A stretch of DNA of 64,000 nucleotides from contig LCHW01000001.1 in NCBI GenBank assembly GCA_001000675.1, positions 488,875 through 552,874 on the forward strand, given 5' to 3'. This document shows positions 21,556 to 30,839 of this stretch, in pieces. The number at the start of each line of letters is the position of its first letter. Positions within the stretch are counted from its first letter, which is position 1. The notes beneath the pieces are model-generated. The model saw only the letters and a list, made by a program, of their open reading frames with translations, was not told where the DNA came from and did no database searches. This DNA is from Candidatus Wolfebacteria bacterium GW2011_GWE2_44_13 (GTDB lineage Bacteria > Patescibacteriota > Minisyncoccia > UBA6257 > UBA9933). The position numbers and the translations under genes are program-made.

Positions 21556-21731
21556 AGTTTTAAAACTTTTAGGTTTGACGAATTACTATGTTGCCTTCCT
21601 CGATCGCTTCCTCGAAGTAGCTTATCTACATCTCAGTCGCAATCTCGTCGGCGCCTTGTACTTCATTCAAACCAACAAGTTTTCAATCTTTTCAGAACTA
21701 AAAACGGCCTCTTTGCCGTATTTGTGGATAT

Positions 21732-21782
21732 ATACTAGCATACTTTATTTTATTTGACAATATCTAACTTGTATAGCAGAAT
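21732..21782. promoter_or_regulatory. Back-to-back sigma70-type promoters with overlapping -35 boxes
   Basis: Minus strand TTGTCA-N17-TAGTAT (TGn-extended) toward ABC-F; plus strand TTGACA-N17-CAGAAT toward 21819. Confidence 0.55.
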
Positions 21783-21818
21783 ATAGACAGCTGTTTCATT
21801 TTTTTCAGGAGGCATCAC

Positions 21819-22178
21819 ATGAAGATTGCAATTGTCCGTGGTATACCGAAAACCGTTCTGCCCTCGGCCATCCTCGAAGAAGTCCGGAAACGGGAACAGG
21901 ACGATGATCGCAGGGCCGTTATTCTGCTCCCATCCATCTTGCATACCAATCCGCTGTTAGCAACATATCGCGTCGCTCTGCGCTATTTGGCAAACGACGT
22001 GAGCTCGCTTACACTCGATGCACTGCAGCGAGCGGTACAGAAAGCGCACGCACATCTGCATCCGTCTGTACGGATACCTTTTGTCATTGCAACATATCCT
22101 GGAAACGTTCGGGGTCATTTGCTCGACAAGGACGGCGTGGTGTTCTCCCTTTCCCAAGGGCTTCTCGTCCAGAGTTAA
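21819..22178 (+). CDS. Hypothetical protein
   Basis: GGAGG SD, upstream promoter, downstream GC hairpin with T-run (about 22199-22224). Confidence 0.65.
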   Translation: MKIAIVRGIPKTVLPSAILEEVRKREQDDDRRAVILLPSILHTNPLLATYRVALRYLANDVSSLTLDALQRAVQKAHAHLHPSVRIPFVIATYPGNVRGHLLDKDGVVFSLSQGLLVQS

Positions 22179-22296
22179 CCCAAGGGATTCCCCAAACTGC
22201 CGGCGCACCAGCGCCGGCTTTTTTATTACTCTATTTATCAATTTAAAAAACAGCCCCTAAGGAGGGGCTGCTACTATGATGCGCGAACATGCTGGC

Positions 22297-22608
22297 CTAC
22301 TGTTGCGCTGCTCGTTGTTGCTGGCGATCGATTGCGGCGGCGGTTTCTTCGCCCGTGCGACGGGCATGCGCCACCATAATGTCATTACGCAGGCTCCAGG
22401 TGGCCGGCGCTGCCGCTGCCATCCAGAAGACGATGCCGAGACCGAGAAGGGGCATCGTAAGAGTGGCGATAAGATAGAGAATCGCCGTGGCAATGAATGC
22501 CCCCCATTTGCCCTTCAAGCCGTAATAGATCGGTGTAAGGAAAATTGCCAGCACATACTGCCCGAACCCCGGGATCTCCGTTTTTTGACTTACTTCCTGA
22601 ATCGACAT
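22297..22608 (-). CDS. Small membrane protein
   Basis: AAAGGAG SD before MSIQEV; hydrophobic core; hairpin at 22250-22272. Confidence 0.65.
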   Translation of the reverse strand: MSIQEVSQKTEIPGFGQYVLAIFLTPIYYGLKGKWGAFIATAILYLIATLTMPLLGLGIVFWMAAAAPATWSLRNDIMVAHARRTGEETAAAIDRQQQRAAQQ

Positions 22609-22720
22609 CGGCTCTACTCCTTTGCAATGGGTTTGGTGTATCTTTTCTATCCTCGCCTCTTGAGTACTAGGTACAGTATTACAATAATACTGTAATCGTG
22701 TCAATGATTTTGTAATCAAC

Positions 22721-23182
22721 TTACATCTCCGCCCCTCCTGCCATTTCAAGGCGCTCAACGTTTATTATTCCCTCTCCATTTATACTCCCCATAACCCAGA
22801 CTCGTTGCCCTTGCTCGAATGCTGCTGTGTTGCAGAACTCGGCACGCGCATCAATAACACAGCTACTGCTCGTGGTAAATACAAGCTCCTTTGTTAACGC
22901 GGGTGCTCCCGGCTTTTCATAAATCAACACCCATTCATCTTCTTCGACATCGCCTGAGGCAATATTTTTAATATTTCCTTTTTCATTAAATGCGTATACC
23001 TGTTCTACTTTCTTTTCAACAGTCAATGCAACTTTACCTTTTAATCCTTCAGCGATTTCCATTGCAGTGCGACTTTTTTGGTAGAACGATCCAATGTATG
23101 CGCCAAGCACAAAAATACCGATACCTACTATGACGGCTAAAAATTTTGAATACCATATCACCACATTCCACTGTATGTTCAT
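22721..23182 (-). CDS. Single-pass membrane hypothetical protein
   Basis: N-terminal TM; LIYEKPGAPALT motif; Cys pair. Confidence 0.7.
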   Translation of the reverse strand: MNIQWNVVIWYSKFLAVIVGIGIFVLGAYIGSFYQKSRTAMEIAEGLKGKVALTVEKKVEQVYAFNEKGNIKNIASGDVEEDEWVLIYEKPGAPALTKELVFTTSSSCVIDARAEFCNTAAFEQGQRVWVMGSINGEGIINVERLEMAGGAEM

Positions 23183-23187
23183 ATTTT

Positions 23188-23775
23188 TTAGTTATTGTAA
23201 TACCCTGCGATTGCTCGACGAATCGCATTGATGAATAAGCGATATAGGCCCTCGTCTTCTTGTAATGCATCGCGAAGTTTTCGGCTTATCTCAAGCTCAA
23301 CCCCTCCTCCCGACATACCCCGATTGCATATATTTTCAAAGCTCTCTGGATGCATTCGCTCGTCAAACGGTTTTATCGTAATATCTACTGCCCTTAGCTG
23401 CTCTTGTATTTGCTGGACGAGTTTTTCACAAAGCCCACCAACCATAACAAATTCATCTTCTGTATCGTGCTTTCCATGAATTGCAATTACAATTTCTGCG
23501 ACACGTACCATATCCAGCGCTTGCGGTTCATTAAAATAAGCGCTGGTTATGTGGAGCTGTGCATTATCTTTTTCCCTTATCCCTTCAAAAAGATACACGT
23601 CATACTCTTCTCCTGCAATTGATTCAGCAATATTTGAAGTAAACGGCTCAATGCGCCCGCCGTGAATTCCTGCGATAAGATACGGGCTATTTCTTTTTTT
23701 TGTTACAATTCGATAGTCCTGCCCTTCTTGCATATGTGCCGCGAGATCTTCAAAGGCTCTGTATGTGTCGATCAT
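23188..23775 (-). CDS. Poly-gamma-glutamate hydrolase family (DUF867/YjqB/PghP-like)
   Basis: IHGGRIEPFT, LFEGIR, LHITS..F.EP, IHG, NICNR, GVELEIS..LR; start moved to MIDTY. Confidence 0.88.
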   Translation of the reverse strand: MIDTYRAFEDLAAHMQEGQDYRIVTKKRNSPYLIAGIHGGRIEPFTSNIAESIAGEEYDVYLFEGIREKDNAQLHITSAYFNEPQALDMVRVAEIVIAIHGKHDTEDEFVMVGGLCEKLVQQIQEQLRAVDITIKPFDERMHPESFENICNRGMSGGGVELEISRKLRDALQEDEGLYRLFINAIRRAIAGYYNN

Positions 23776-23839
23776 ATCTTCAGTATATCCTCTTCTCTTT
23801 AAAAAATAAAAAGGGGCGGTATGTACCGCCCCACTGTCG

Positions 23840-24601
23840 TTAAATGCACTCATGCGCTAACCCGAGCGCACAAGCTTGTGCGCCGTCGATTCGCTCGCTT
23901 TGACGCATTAACGCATTAACGTCTTTTACCGCTAGGCCACTCCGGCGCGCGATGATGCCTGCGTAAATGTACCCCCTGCGTTCCGCGTCGTCTGTCATCC
24001 CCTTTAAGAGTTTAATTACCGCGGGGCTCTTTTCGCAACAATGCACTCCTTTAATAATTTGTCGGGATATCGCCGCGAGCTCTCGCGTATACGGATTCCA
24101 TAGGCGCTTTCTTCGCCTACTTGTTCCTAACAGACCTCTCATAAGAATACGCACATTCACATCTGCGCATAAACAATGCTCTTGTTTACTGATTGCCGCT
24201 AAAGAATCCTTAATCGCTTGCGCCGGCACGTTCTGCCCTTTGGGCCCCATCGACACAACTCCCTCATGGAATTTCAACTCTGCGCTTTGCGACATACAGC
24301 GATGATCTCCTGCCATAAACAGCACAATCCCCGCCGATGAAACTTCTCCGACAGCGCATGTCCATAATGGCACTGCTTTTCCGTCTTGGCGCGCGTTTGC
24401 CCGCATCATTTTCCAGATACGCGCATAGAGCTGAAATGCAATCCATCCATCTCCACCTCCCGAGCAAATTGATACTATGATTTTATCTACTCCTTCGTTC
24501 AGCGCCTTGCATATTGCATCCAATAAACACATGGCCATCTTTTCGTTTACTTCGCCGAGGAACTCAATGTGATTCCCCGTTCTTCGGACTGTCCCGTTCA
24601 T
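23840..24601 (-). CDS. ClpP-like protease subunit with internal insertion
   Basis: FLGEVN, ICSGGG, VSSAG (Ser), MAGDHR, KFHE (His), A..LGLA; GGAGGAGG SD. Confidence 0.72.
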   Translation of the reverse strand: MNGTVRRTGNHIEFLGEVNEKMAMCLLDAICKALNEGVDKIIVSICSGGGDGWIAFQLYARIWKMMRANARQDGKAVPLWTCAVGEVSSAGIVLFMAGDHRCMSQSAELKFHEGVVSMGPKGQNVPAQAIKDSLAAISKQEHCLCADVNVRILMRGLLGTSRRRKRLWNPYTRELAAISRQIIKGVHCCEKSPAVIKLLKGMTDDAERRGYIYAGIIARRSGLAVKDVNALMRQSERIDGAQACALGLAHECI

Positions 24602-24721
24602 AGGCGCCTCCTCCGGTTGGGGTTATTAAAAAGTTTCTGCCCCTAGCGTACCAAGCGTAACCCGCGCTGTCAAAGAAGCCATTCCATTTTACAATCTGCA
24701 CAAATATCCTATACTACCGAC

Positions 24722-25285
24722 ATGTCATCTACTGTCACAAAACCAAAACTTGTTCTCCATATCTGTTGCTCTATTTGTGGGGCATATCTTTCTGAGCTTC
24801 TTAAAGATCGCTTCGAGATTATCTACTATTACTACAACCCCAACATTCACCCCGAGGAGGAGTATGAGAAACGTAAAGCATCTGTGCAAAAACTTGCAGC
24901 CCTCTACAATTCTGAATTCATCGAGGGTGATTATGCGGTGCAGGAATGGTACAAAACGATTAGTGGATTTGAAGGCGAACCTGAAGGTGGCAAGCGTTGC
25001 CCGTTGTGCTTCCGTATGCGTCTCGCAAAAACTGCGCAGCTCGCCGTCGCAAAAGGTGCAACGCATTTTACAACCACCCTTGCAACGAGTCCTTATAAAA
25101 ACGAAGATGTTATCGGTGCTATTGGTACAGAAATTGCCAAGGAGCTCGGCCTCACCTTTCTTACTGTTGCTGACTTCGGGGAATCTAAAAAAGATATCTG
25201 GGCAAAAACACGTACACTTGCCAAGGAGCACAACTTCTATCATCAAAATTACTGCGGATGCACCTTTAGTATTTGGAAAAAATAA
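24722..25285 (+). CDS. queH: Epoxyqueuosine reductase QueH (DUF208)
   Basis: LHICCSIC, YNPNIHP..EY, RC..CF..RL, TTL..SP.K, QNYCGC. Confidence 0.92.
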   Translation: MSSTVTKPKLVLHICCSICGAYLSELLKDRFEIIYYYYNPNIHPEEEYEKRKASVQKLAALYNSEFIEGDYAVQEWYKTISGFEGEPEGGKRCPLCFRMRLAKTAQLAVAKGATHFTTTLATSPYKNEDVIGAIGTEIAKELGLTFLTVADFGESKKDIWAKTRTLAKEHNFYHQNYCGCTFSIWKK

Positions 25286-25303
25286 AACCGGCGATTGCCG
25301 GTT

Positions 25304-25945
25304 TTATTTTTCCTTCTTAAATATGAGGTATGAGTAGAGCACAGTCCAAATCGTGCTTATTATAATAGGGATGAGTATTAACCCAATAACATATTGCGGA
25401 AATAGAAATCCAAGCAATATAATCAATCCGCATGCTTTAAATAATTTACTCCCTAATGCATGGGTTTTATCCCACACAACGTCACTGCTCATTGTCCATG
25501 GCGTACGAATACCCATAAACCAATTACGCTTCACTTCATGTAAAAGTATCCCTATCCCATAGAATAGTACGGCAAATGCCGGAACGAGTGCTGTTGTCAT
25601 CGAAAATACTACCCCCTTATTCCATACTAATATCGCTCCAAACAAATACGCCATAAATACCGCAAACAATAATGCAAATTCTTCAAACTGTTTTTTAAAG
25701 ATTGTACTATTACTTTTTAATGGATCCATTTTAGGCAGTACCGCAAAAAGCATTTGTATAGCAGTCATCACTAAAGGAACCAAAAACAATCCGAAGAGCT
25801 TTCCCGAATGTCCATCGGCCTCTCCCATCGCATTCCAATGCGTTGCCATGCGTTCTGGCATAGTCGCATACAATCCGATTGCGGCAATCCACACAGCCCC
25901 TGTAAGTATCCACGTAATTTTTTGCGTAGGTATCTGCTTATTCAT
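25304..25945 (-). CDS. SdpI/DUF1648 family membrane protein
   Basis: MATHWNAMGEADG and RNWFMGIRTPWT...WDKTH. Confidence 0.9.
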   Translation of the reverse strand: MNKQIPTQKITWILTGAVWIAAIGLYATMPERMATHWNAMGEADGHSGKLFGLFLVPLVMTAIQMLFAVLPKMDPLKSNSTIFKKQFEEFALLFAVFMAYLFGAILVWNKGVVFSMTTALVPAFAVLFYGIGILLHEVKRNWFMGIRTPWTMSSDVVWDKTHALGSKLFKACGLIILLGFLFPQYVIGLILIPIIISTIWTVLYSYLIFKKEK

Positions 25946-25995
25946 ATACCCTAAGGATACCACATATCCGTACGACTCTTACAAATCCGTTAAGC

Positions 25996-26141
25996 CCCTT
26001 GACATTCATTCGTTCCCATGCAATACTACTCCTACGTAGCAGCAAACAGGCAATTTGCAAGTCGCAAGACGAGTGGAAGGTTTCTAGCTGCTACGTATTA
26101 AAAGAACCTCTTCGGAGGTTCTTTTAATACGTACTCCATTT
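25996..26141 (+). ncRNA. Candidate small RNA gene, copy 1 (promoter, hairpin, terminator)
   Basis: TTGACA-N17-AATACT; 11-bp stem TACGTAGCAGC/GCTGCTACGTA; GTC-GCAA-GAC apex; TTCG-capped terminator. Confidence 0.62.
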
Positions 26142-26212
26142 ACATCAATTCCCGTAGCGTTTATTCCCGCGGATACAAGGACCTTAATTTAGAAATGACA
26201 AACTAGTATAAA

Positions 26213-26357
26213 CCCTTGACATTCATTTTATACTATGCAATACTACTCCTACGTAGCAGCAACTAGCAGTTCACGAGTCGCAAGACAAGCAGAAGGTTTC
26301 TAGCTGCTACGTATTAAAAACACCTCTTCGGAGGTGTTTTTAATACGTACTCCATTT
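26213..26357 (+). ncRNA. Candidate small RNA gene, copy 2
   Basis: Same architecture 217 bp downstream, with compensatory changes in the terminator stem. Confidence 0.62.
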
Positions 26358-26410
26358 CTATATTCTTCATAACAAAAAACGGAACGCATTATGTGCGTTC
26401 CGTTTTTTCA

Positions 26411-27958
26411 TTACCGACTATCCGCTTTCGGACGTGACTTCTTACCGAACATACGTCCATGAGACGATGCTCCGCGATCACTCTTCTTTCCTGCTCCTCG
26501 TTGTACCGGCTTGCGTCGGTCTTCGCGATTTCCTGCTGGCGCTGGACGCTCATTTGAGAATCCTGCTGTCGCTGGTCGGCGTGACGGGAATGCATCATTG
26601 CGTGGGCTTGGTGTCCCTACTGACATCGAATTGCGTGCTGGAAATGCATCGGTGCGTGGGCCGCGATCGCTCGCGCCTCCCATTGTCATTGGTCGGCGTG
26701 GTGCGAATGAATCGCGTGATCCGCGATCACCGCCCCGTCCTTGCGGACGACGATCTCCTCCGCGTCCTCCCCCGCCAAAGCGGCCTCCACGAGATTCTTC
26801 CTCCTCTTCACGATATGCTGGCTCGCGATGTGGTGGTAATGTCGGTAATGGAGATGTTCCAATTTGTGAATTTACTAAACGCTCAATCGTTCGAACCTTG
26901 AATCGCTGATCAGGTGCAGCAAAAGAAATAGCTCTTCCCTTTGCGCCTGCTCGGCCAGTTCGTCCAATGCGGTGTACGTAATCCTCTGGACTATCCGGTA
27001 AATCATAGTTGATAACCAATTCGATTCCTGTTACGTCGATACCACGGGCAGCAATATCAGTTGCTACCAACATGCGGTACTTACCCATTTTAAATCCAAG
27101 CAATGCTTCTTTTCGCTGTGATAATGACTTATCAGAGTGAATTTCCGAAGCGCTGTGTCCCATTCGCTTTATTGCTCTGCAAATTTTCGTTGCACCATGT
27201 CGTGTTCGTGAGAATACGAGTACGGTTCCTTGATATTTTTCAAGTAATGCTTCAAGTAAACGATCTTTATCATCCTTGCGAACGATAAACATTTCTTGAA
27301 TCACGTTTGCTGCAGTTGTTCCTGGACGCGCCATTTCGATGCGTACTGGTAACTGCATGTGCTTTTCGGCAATGCGCACAATATCAGTAGGCATGGTTGC
27401 TGAAAACAGCAACGTCTGACGTACCTTTGGCAATGCTTCAATAATCTTGTTGATCTGCGGTGCAAATCCCATGTCGAGCATGCGATCTGCTTCGTCGAGT
27501 ACTAACATGTTCACCGCTTGCAAATGCAATGTGCGCTGATTCATGTGGTCAAGAAATCTTCCCGGAGTTGCAACGATAATGTGCGGGTTTCGGCGGAGTA
27601 ATTTCTTTTGTGCTTCAATAGATGCACCACCAATTAATACGGCAGTCATTAAGCCAAGCTCGTGTCCGATTGCCTGTATCTGTTCGTCAACCTGCAATGC
27701 AAGTTCACGAGTCGGCACTAAAATAACGCCTTGGTTATCGCCTGTCGCAAGTCGCTGGATCATCGGGATACCGAAGGCGAGCGTTTTACCTGTTCCGGTT
27801 TGCGCAATACCAATCATATCCTTACCGCTAATGGCAATAGGAATACCCTCCTTTTGAATAGGAGTTGGTGTGGTGAATTTTTTCTTGTCGAGAATTTCAA
27901 GCAGCTTGGGCGCGATGCCTAAGCCGTAAAAACCCTCCGTTGGTTTTTTTGTTGTCAT
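26411..27958 (-). CDS. DEAD-box RNA helicase (RhlE-like) with RG-rich tail
   Basis: PTPIQ, AQTGTGKT, PTRELA, TPGR, DEAD, SAT, ARGID, HRIGRTGRAG. Confidence 0.96.
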   Translation of the reverse strand: MTTKKPTEGFYGLGIAPKLLEILDKKKFTTPTPIQKEGIPIAISGKDMIGIAQTGTGKTLAFGIPMIQRLATGDNQGVILVPTRELALQVDEQIQAIGHELGLMTAVLIGGASIEAQKKLLRRNPHIIVATPGRFLDHMNQRTLHLQAVNMLVLDEADRMLDMGFAPQINKIIEALPKVRQTLLFSATMPTDIVRIAEKHMQLPVRIEMARPGTTAANVIQEMFIVRKDDKDRLLEALLEKYQGTVLVFSRTRHGATKICRAIKRMGHSASEIHSDKSLSQRKEALLGFKMGKYRMLVATDIAARGIDVTGIELVINYDLPDSPEDYVHRIGRTGRAGAKGRAISFAAPDQRFKVRTIERLVNSQIGTSPLPTLPPHREPAYREEEEESRGGRFGGGGRGGDRRPQGRGGDRGSRDSFAPRRPMTMGGASDRGPRTDAFPARNSMSVGTPSPRNDAFPSRRPATAGFSNERPAPAGNREDRRKPVQRGAGKKSDRGASSHGRMFGKKSRPKADSR

Positions 27959-28146
27959 ACTATTTGATTATGTGATTCCTTGTATCAACTCGAATCACAT
28001 AGCAATAACATGACAAGAAGTTCGTTCGCCTACATATCCGCACAGCGGATGGCGATAAGGAATCTATTGGCGTCTTTCGAGACCAATATGATTTAATTTG
28101 AACTGACGTTTCAATATACAATAGATACCTTTTCGTGTCAACCCTA

Positions 28147-29436
28147 CTACCTTAAGTAGATCGTATGGCTCAGATAGCCTGTAATATACTCGGGATTTAG
28201 GCGATTAGCCCTGTCTTCCTCAATCTTTTTGATTAATTCCATAAAGAATAGGTCTACGTCTTTTTCTTCATGATATTCGGTCAAATTTCTCTTATTAAAA
28301 TACCGCGTTAACGCATCGATTACCTTTTTATAAAAATCTTTGTCCGTAACCCCACTTGCAATGAGATATAGTAACACCATATATGCCGGCGACGCCTTTG
28401 CATCCGCTAATGCCTCCAGTTCAGTTACCATCGTGCCGAACAATGGATCATTTTTATCACTCTTTATTACTGCGTGATACATTGCAGATTTTGCAACAAG
28501 CTCGTTGAAAATCAATTTCGCATCTTTTATAACCAACGTTTCGTATATCTTTACGAGGTTTGCCTTTGTCGCCTTCTCAATTGTTCCTACTTTTATTTCT
28601 GGTCGATAGAGATGAAACGCATTATAATATTGCCGCAAAAATCGCTCTTGTATGGCGTGATTAATTACATTTTCCAAAAATAAATTCCACCCTTTAAAGG
28701 CTTCATCAATATCCATTCCGCCACGTTCCAATTCAGAAAGCATTTTATTTTTAATCAAATCCCCTGCTGCTAACGGTACGCCGCGATCGTTCAATCCTTC
28801 AAACAACATAAATGCATCCGCGTGTGAACTAACCTCGATCATTACTACGAGAATACTATCAATCCATGTAAAAAGCTTTTTCAGTCCTTCCAAGTCATAC
28901 TCTTTCAATCTGCCTAGAAAGTAGTCATACGCTTTATATATTTTTCTCGCCTTTCTTCCCCGTACCTCTGTTCCTATTTTTAACAATCCAAGGTCAGCTA
29001 ATAGCGCCTCAAAGTCCACGAGATTTCCATGCTGTTCTGATAAGATAATGCGCGTCCACGCCTCCCCTCCTCCCTGCACTATGCGCGTTTTAATTGTCTG
29101 CAATAATTCATTTGCTCCTCCCGCTGCATCAGCCGGCAACGCCTTAAGCGCCGCGTGTAATGCACAATACAATACTGTAATAGTTGCGAGACGTTGCTGC
29201 CCGTCAACCACTTCCAATTCCTGCACCCCCAACGTCGCTGTATTCTCATTTTTTACACATAAAATCGAGCCGATGAAATTTCCTTCTCCATTGCCTTCCA
29301 CCATATCATCAAACAATACCTGCCAATTTTCACGAGACCAGATATATTCCCGCTGAAATTTAGGAATAACATACCGAACGTTCCCTCCCTCACGAAAAAG
29401 ATCCGAAATCGTATAGTGGTTTGTATTGTATATCAT
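28147..29436 (-). CDS. DUF262 (GmrS/ParB-Srx-like) protein lacking the DUF1524 HNH domain
   Basis: PKFQREYIW, VVDGQQRL, FEGLNDRG..L...DLIK; no EH..P HNH motif. Confidence 0.85.
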   Translation of the reverse strand: MIYNTNHYTISDLFREGGNVRYVIPKFQREYIWSRENWQVLFDDMVEGNGEGNFIGSILCVKNENTATLGVQELEVVDGQQRLATITVLYCALHAALKALPADAAGGANELLQTIKTRIVQGGGEAWTRIILSEQHGNLVDFEALLADLGLLKIGTEVRGRKARKIYKAYDYFLGRLKEYDLEGLKKLFTWIDSILVVMIEVSSHADAFMLFEGLNDRGVPLAAGDLIKNKMLSELERGGMDIDEAFKGWNLFLENVINHAIQERFLRQYYNAFHLYRPEIKVGTIEKATKANLVKIYETLVIKDAKLIFNELVAKSAMYHAVIKSDKNDPLFGTMVTELEALADAKASPAYMVLLYLIASGVTDKDFYKKVIDALTRYFNKRNLTEYHEEKDVDLFFMELIKKIEEDRANRLNPEYITGYLSHTIYLR

Positions 29437-29452
29437 GTATGTTTTATGGACG

Positions 29453-30838
29453 TTACGCTATTTCTTTTTTCGCTTCCTTATATGGGAAGGTAATTGTAAA
29501 TTTCGAACCCACTCCTTCCATACTCTCTACGGAAATATCTCCGTCCATTTGTTCACAAATAGCTTTTGTAATCCATAATCCAAGCCCTGTTCCTGAAATA
29601 TGTTCTGTATGTTCTGTTTTAACTCGATAGAATTTTTGGAACAAGCTTCGCTGTGCAATTGCTGACATTCCCAACCCGGTATCCTCAATGATAAGCACAA
29701 ATCGTTTGTGAATTTTATCTACTTTTGTAATCACCTGAACCGTTCCTTTCTCGGTATACTTAATTGAGTTTCCAATTAAGTTGATAAGCACCTGTCTTAA
29801 TCGCTTTGTATCAATAGCTACTACTGCAGGCTCTGCAACTTCTTTATTCTCATACTCAAGCACAAGACCCTTCTGTTCTGCGCTATCACGTATTGTGTCA
29901 ACAACTTCTTGGATCATCGGATACGGTGATTCGTCACTCATCTCAAGCACAAGTCGTCCTTGTTCGATACGTGAAACATCAAGAATATCAGAAATAAGCG
30001 TCATTAGGTTGTCCGCATACGAAACAATCATTCTTAATCGATCGGTTCGTTGCTCCTCGGTCAACTTGCTAGCAGCCTGTTGTAACAACTCTGCATATCC
30101 CTTCATAACCACAACAGGTGTCTTAAGTTCATGTGCCGCCATGGAAATAAAGTCGTCTTTCATCTTGTCTATTTCCTGCAATTTTCCAAAAAGCACCGCG
30201 TATTGGAACATGCGCGTATGATTGATAATCAATATCAATACCAAGATAATAACCCCAAATAAGACATAATACGCCTGCTCCTGTGCTCGACGAGATAGCT
30301 CATCAGCATCACTTACTGACATTGCCATACGAATTAACCCAACCGCCTCCCCTTCTTTATTATGTAATGGCTTAATAACATTCCACTGACGCAATCCTCC
30401 GTCATTACTATCAAATCCAATTCCATCAGCATTCTTATTCCATGCAATCGCACTTAAGTCTTGCATCTTTTTTTCCGTATCAGTAGACATCTGCTGTCCC
30501 TCGCGCACCATAGACGCAATAGGCGCGTATCCTTCGCGATCACTTCCTGTAATTTCAATAAATTCGATATCTGGATTTGCATCCATGACGGCGTTTATTT
30601 TTTCTTGCAATTCTTCCTTTTCTGTATATTCAGTTACAAAAACGCCGAGCATTTTTTCTGCTGCAAATACCTGCGATTGCACAATCTCATCGATATTTCT
30701 TGTAAACGCATCAACGGTTGTTTTTACGTTGTAATACAATGCAACTGGTATTACAACCAGCAACACGAGTGATGATAATATCCCTGGATTTTTTCGTACA
30801 AACCCAAAGGCTTTTTTTACATATTCTATAACGATCAT
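29453..30838 (-). CDS. Membrane sensor histidine kinase
   Basis: Two TM helices; AAHELKTP; NLIGNSIKYT; DTGLG; GTGLGL; start taken at MIVIEY. Confidence 0.94.
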   Translation of the reverse strand: MIVIEYVKKAFGFVRKNPGILSSLVLLVVIPVALYYNVKTTVDAFTRNIDEIVQSQVFAAEKMLGVFVTEYTEKEELQEKINAVMDANPDIEFIEITGSDREGYAPIASMVREGQQMSTDTEKKMQDLSAIAWNKNADGIGFDSNDGGLRQWNVIKPLHNKEGEAVGLIRMAMSVSDADELSRRAQEQAYYVLFGVIILVLILIINHTRMFQYAVLFGKLQEIDKMKDDFISMAAHELKTPVVVMKGYAELLQQAASKLTEEQRTDRLRMIVSYADNLMTLISDILDVSRIEQGRLVLEMSDESPYPMIQEVVDTIRDSAEQKGLVLEYENKEVAEPAVVAIDTKRLRQVLINLIGNSIKYTEKGTVQVITKVDKIHKRFVLIIEDTGLGMSAIAQRSLFQKFYRVKTEHTEHISGTGLGLWITKAICEQMDGDISVESMEGVGSKFTITFPYKEAKKEIA

Positions 30839-30839
30839 A

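Noticed and set aside
23188-24601. Prophage remnant (PghP-like plus ClpP-like genes)
   Set aside because: No portal, terminase, capsid or integrase genes nearby.
26033-26313. Tandem hairpins as SRP 4.5S RNA or tRNA
   Set aside because: There is a GNRA apex, but the CAGG/AGCA symmetric loop is not conserved in both copies, and there is no cloverleaf or TTCGA arm.
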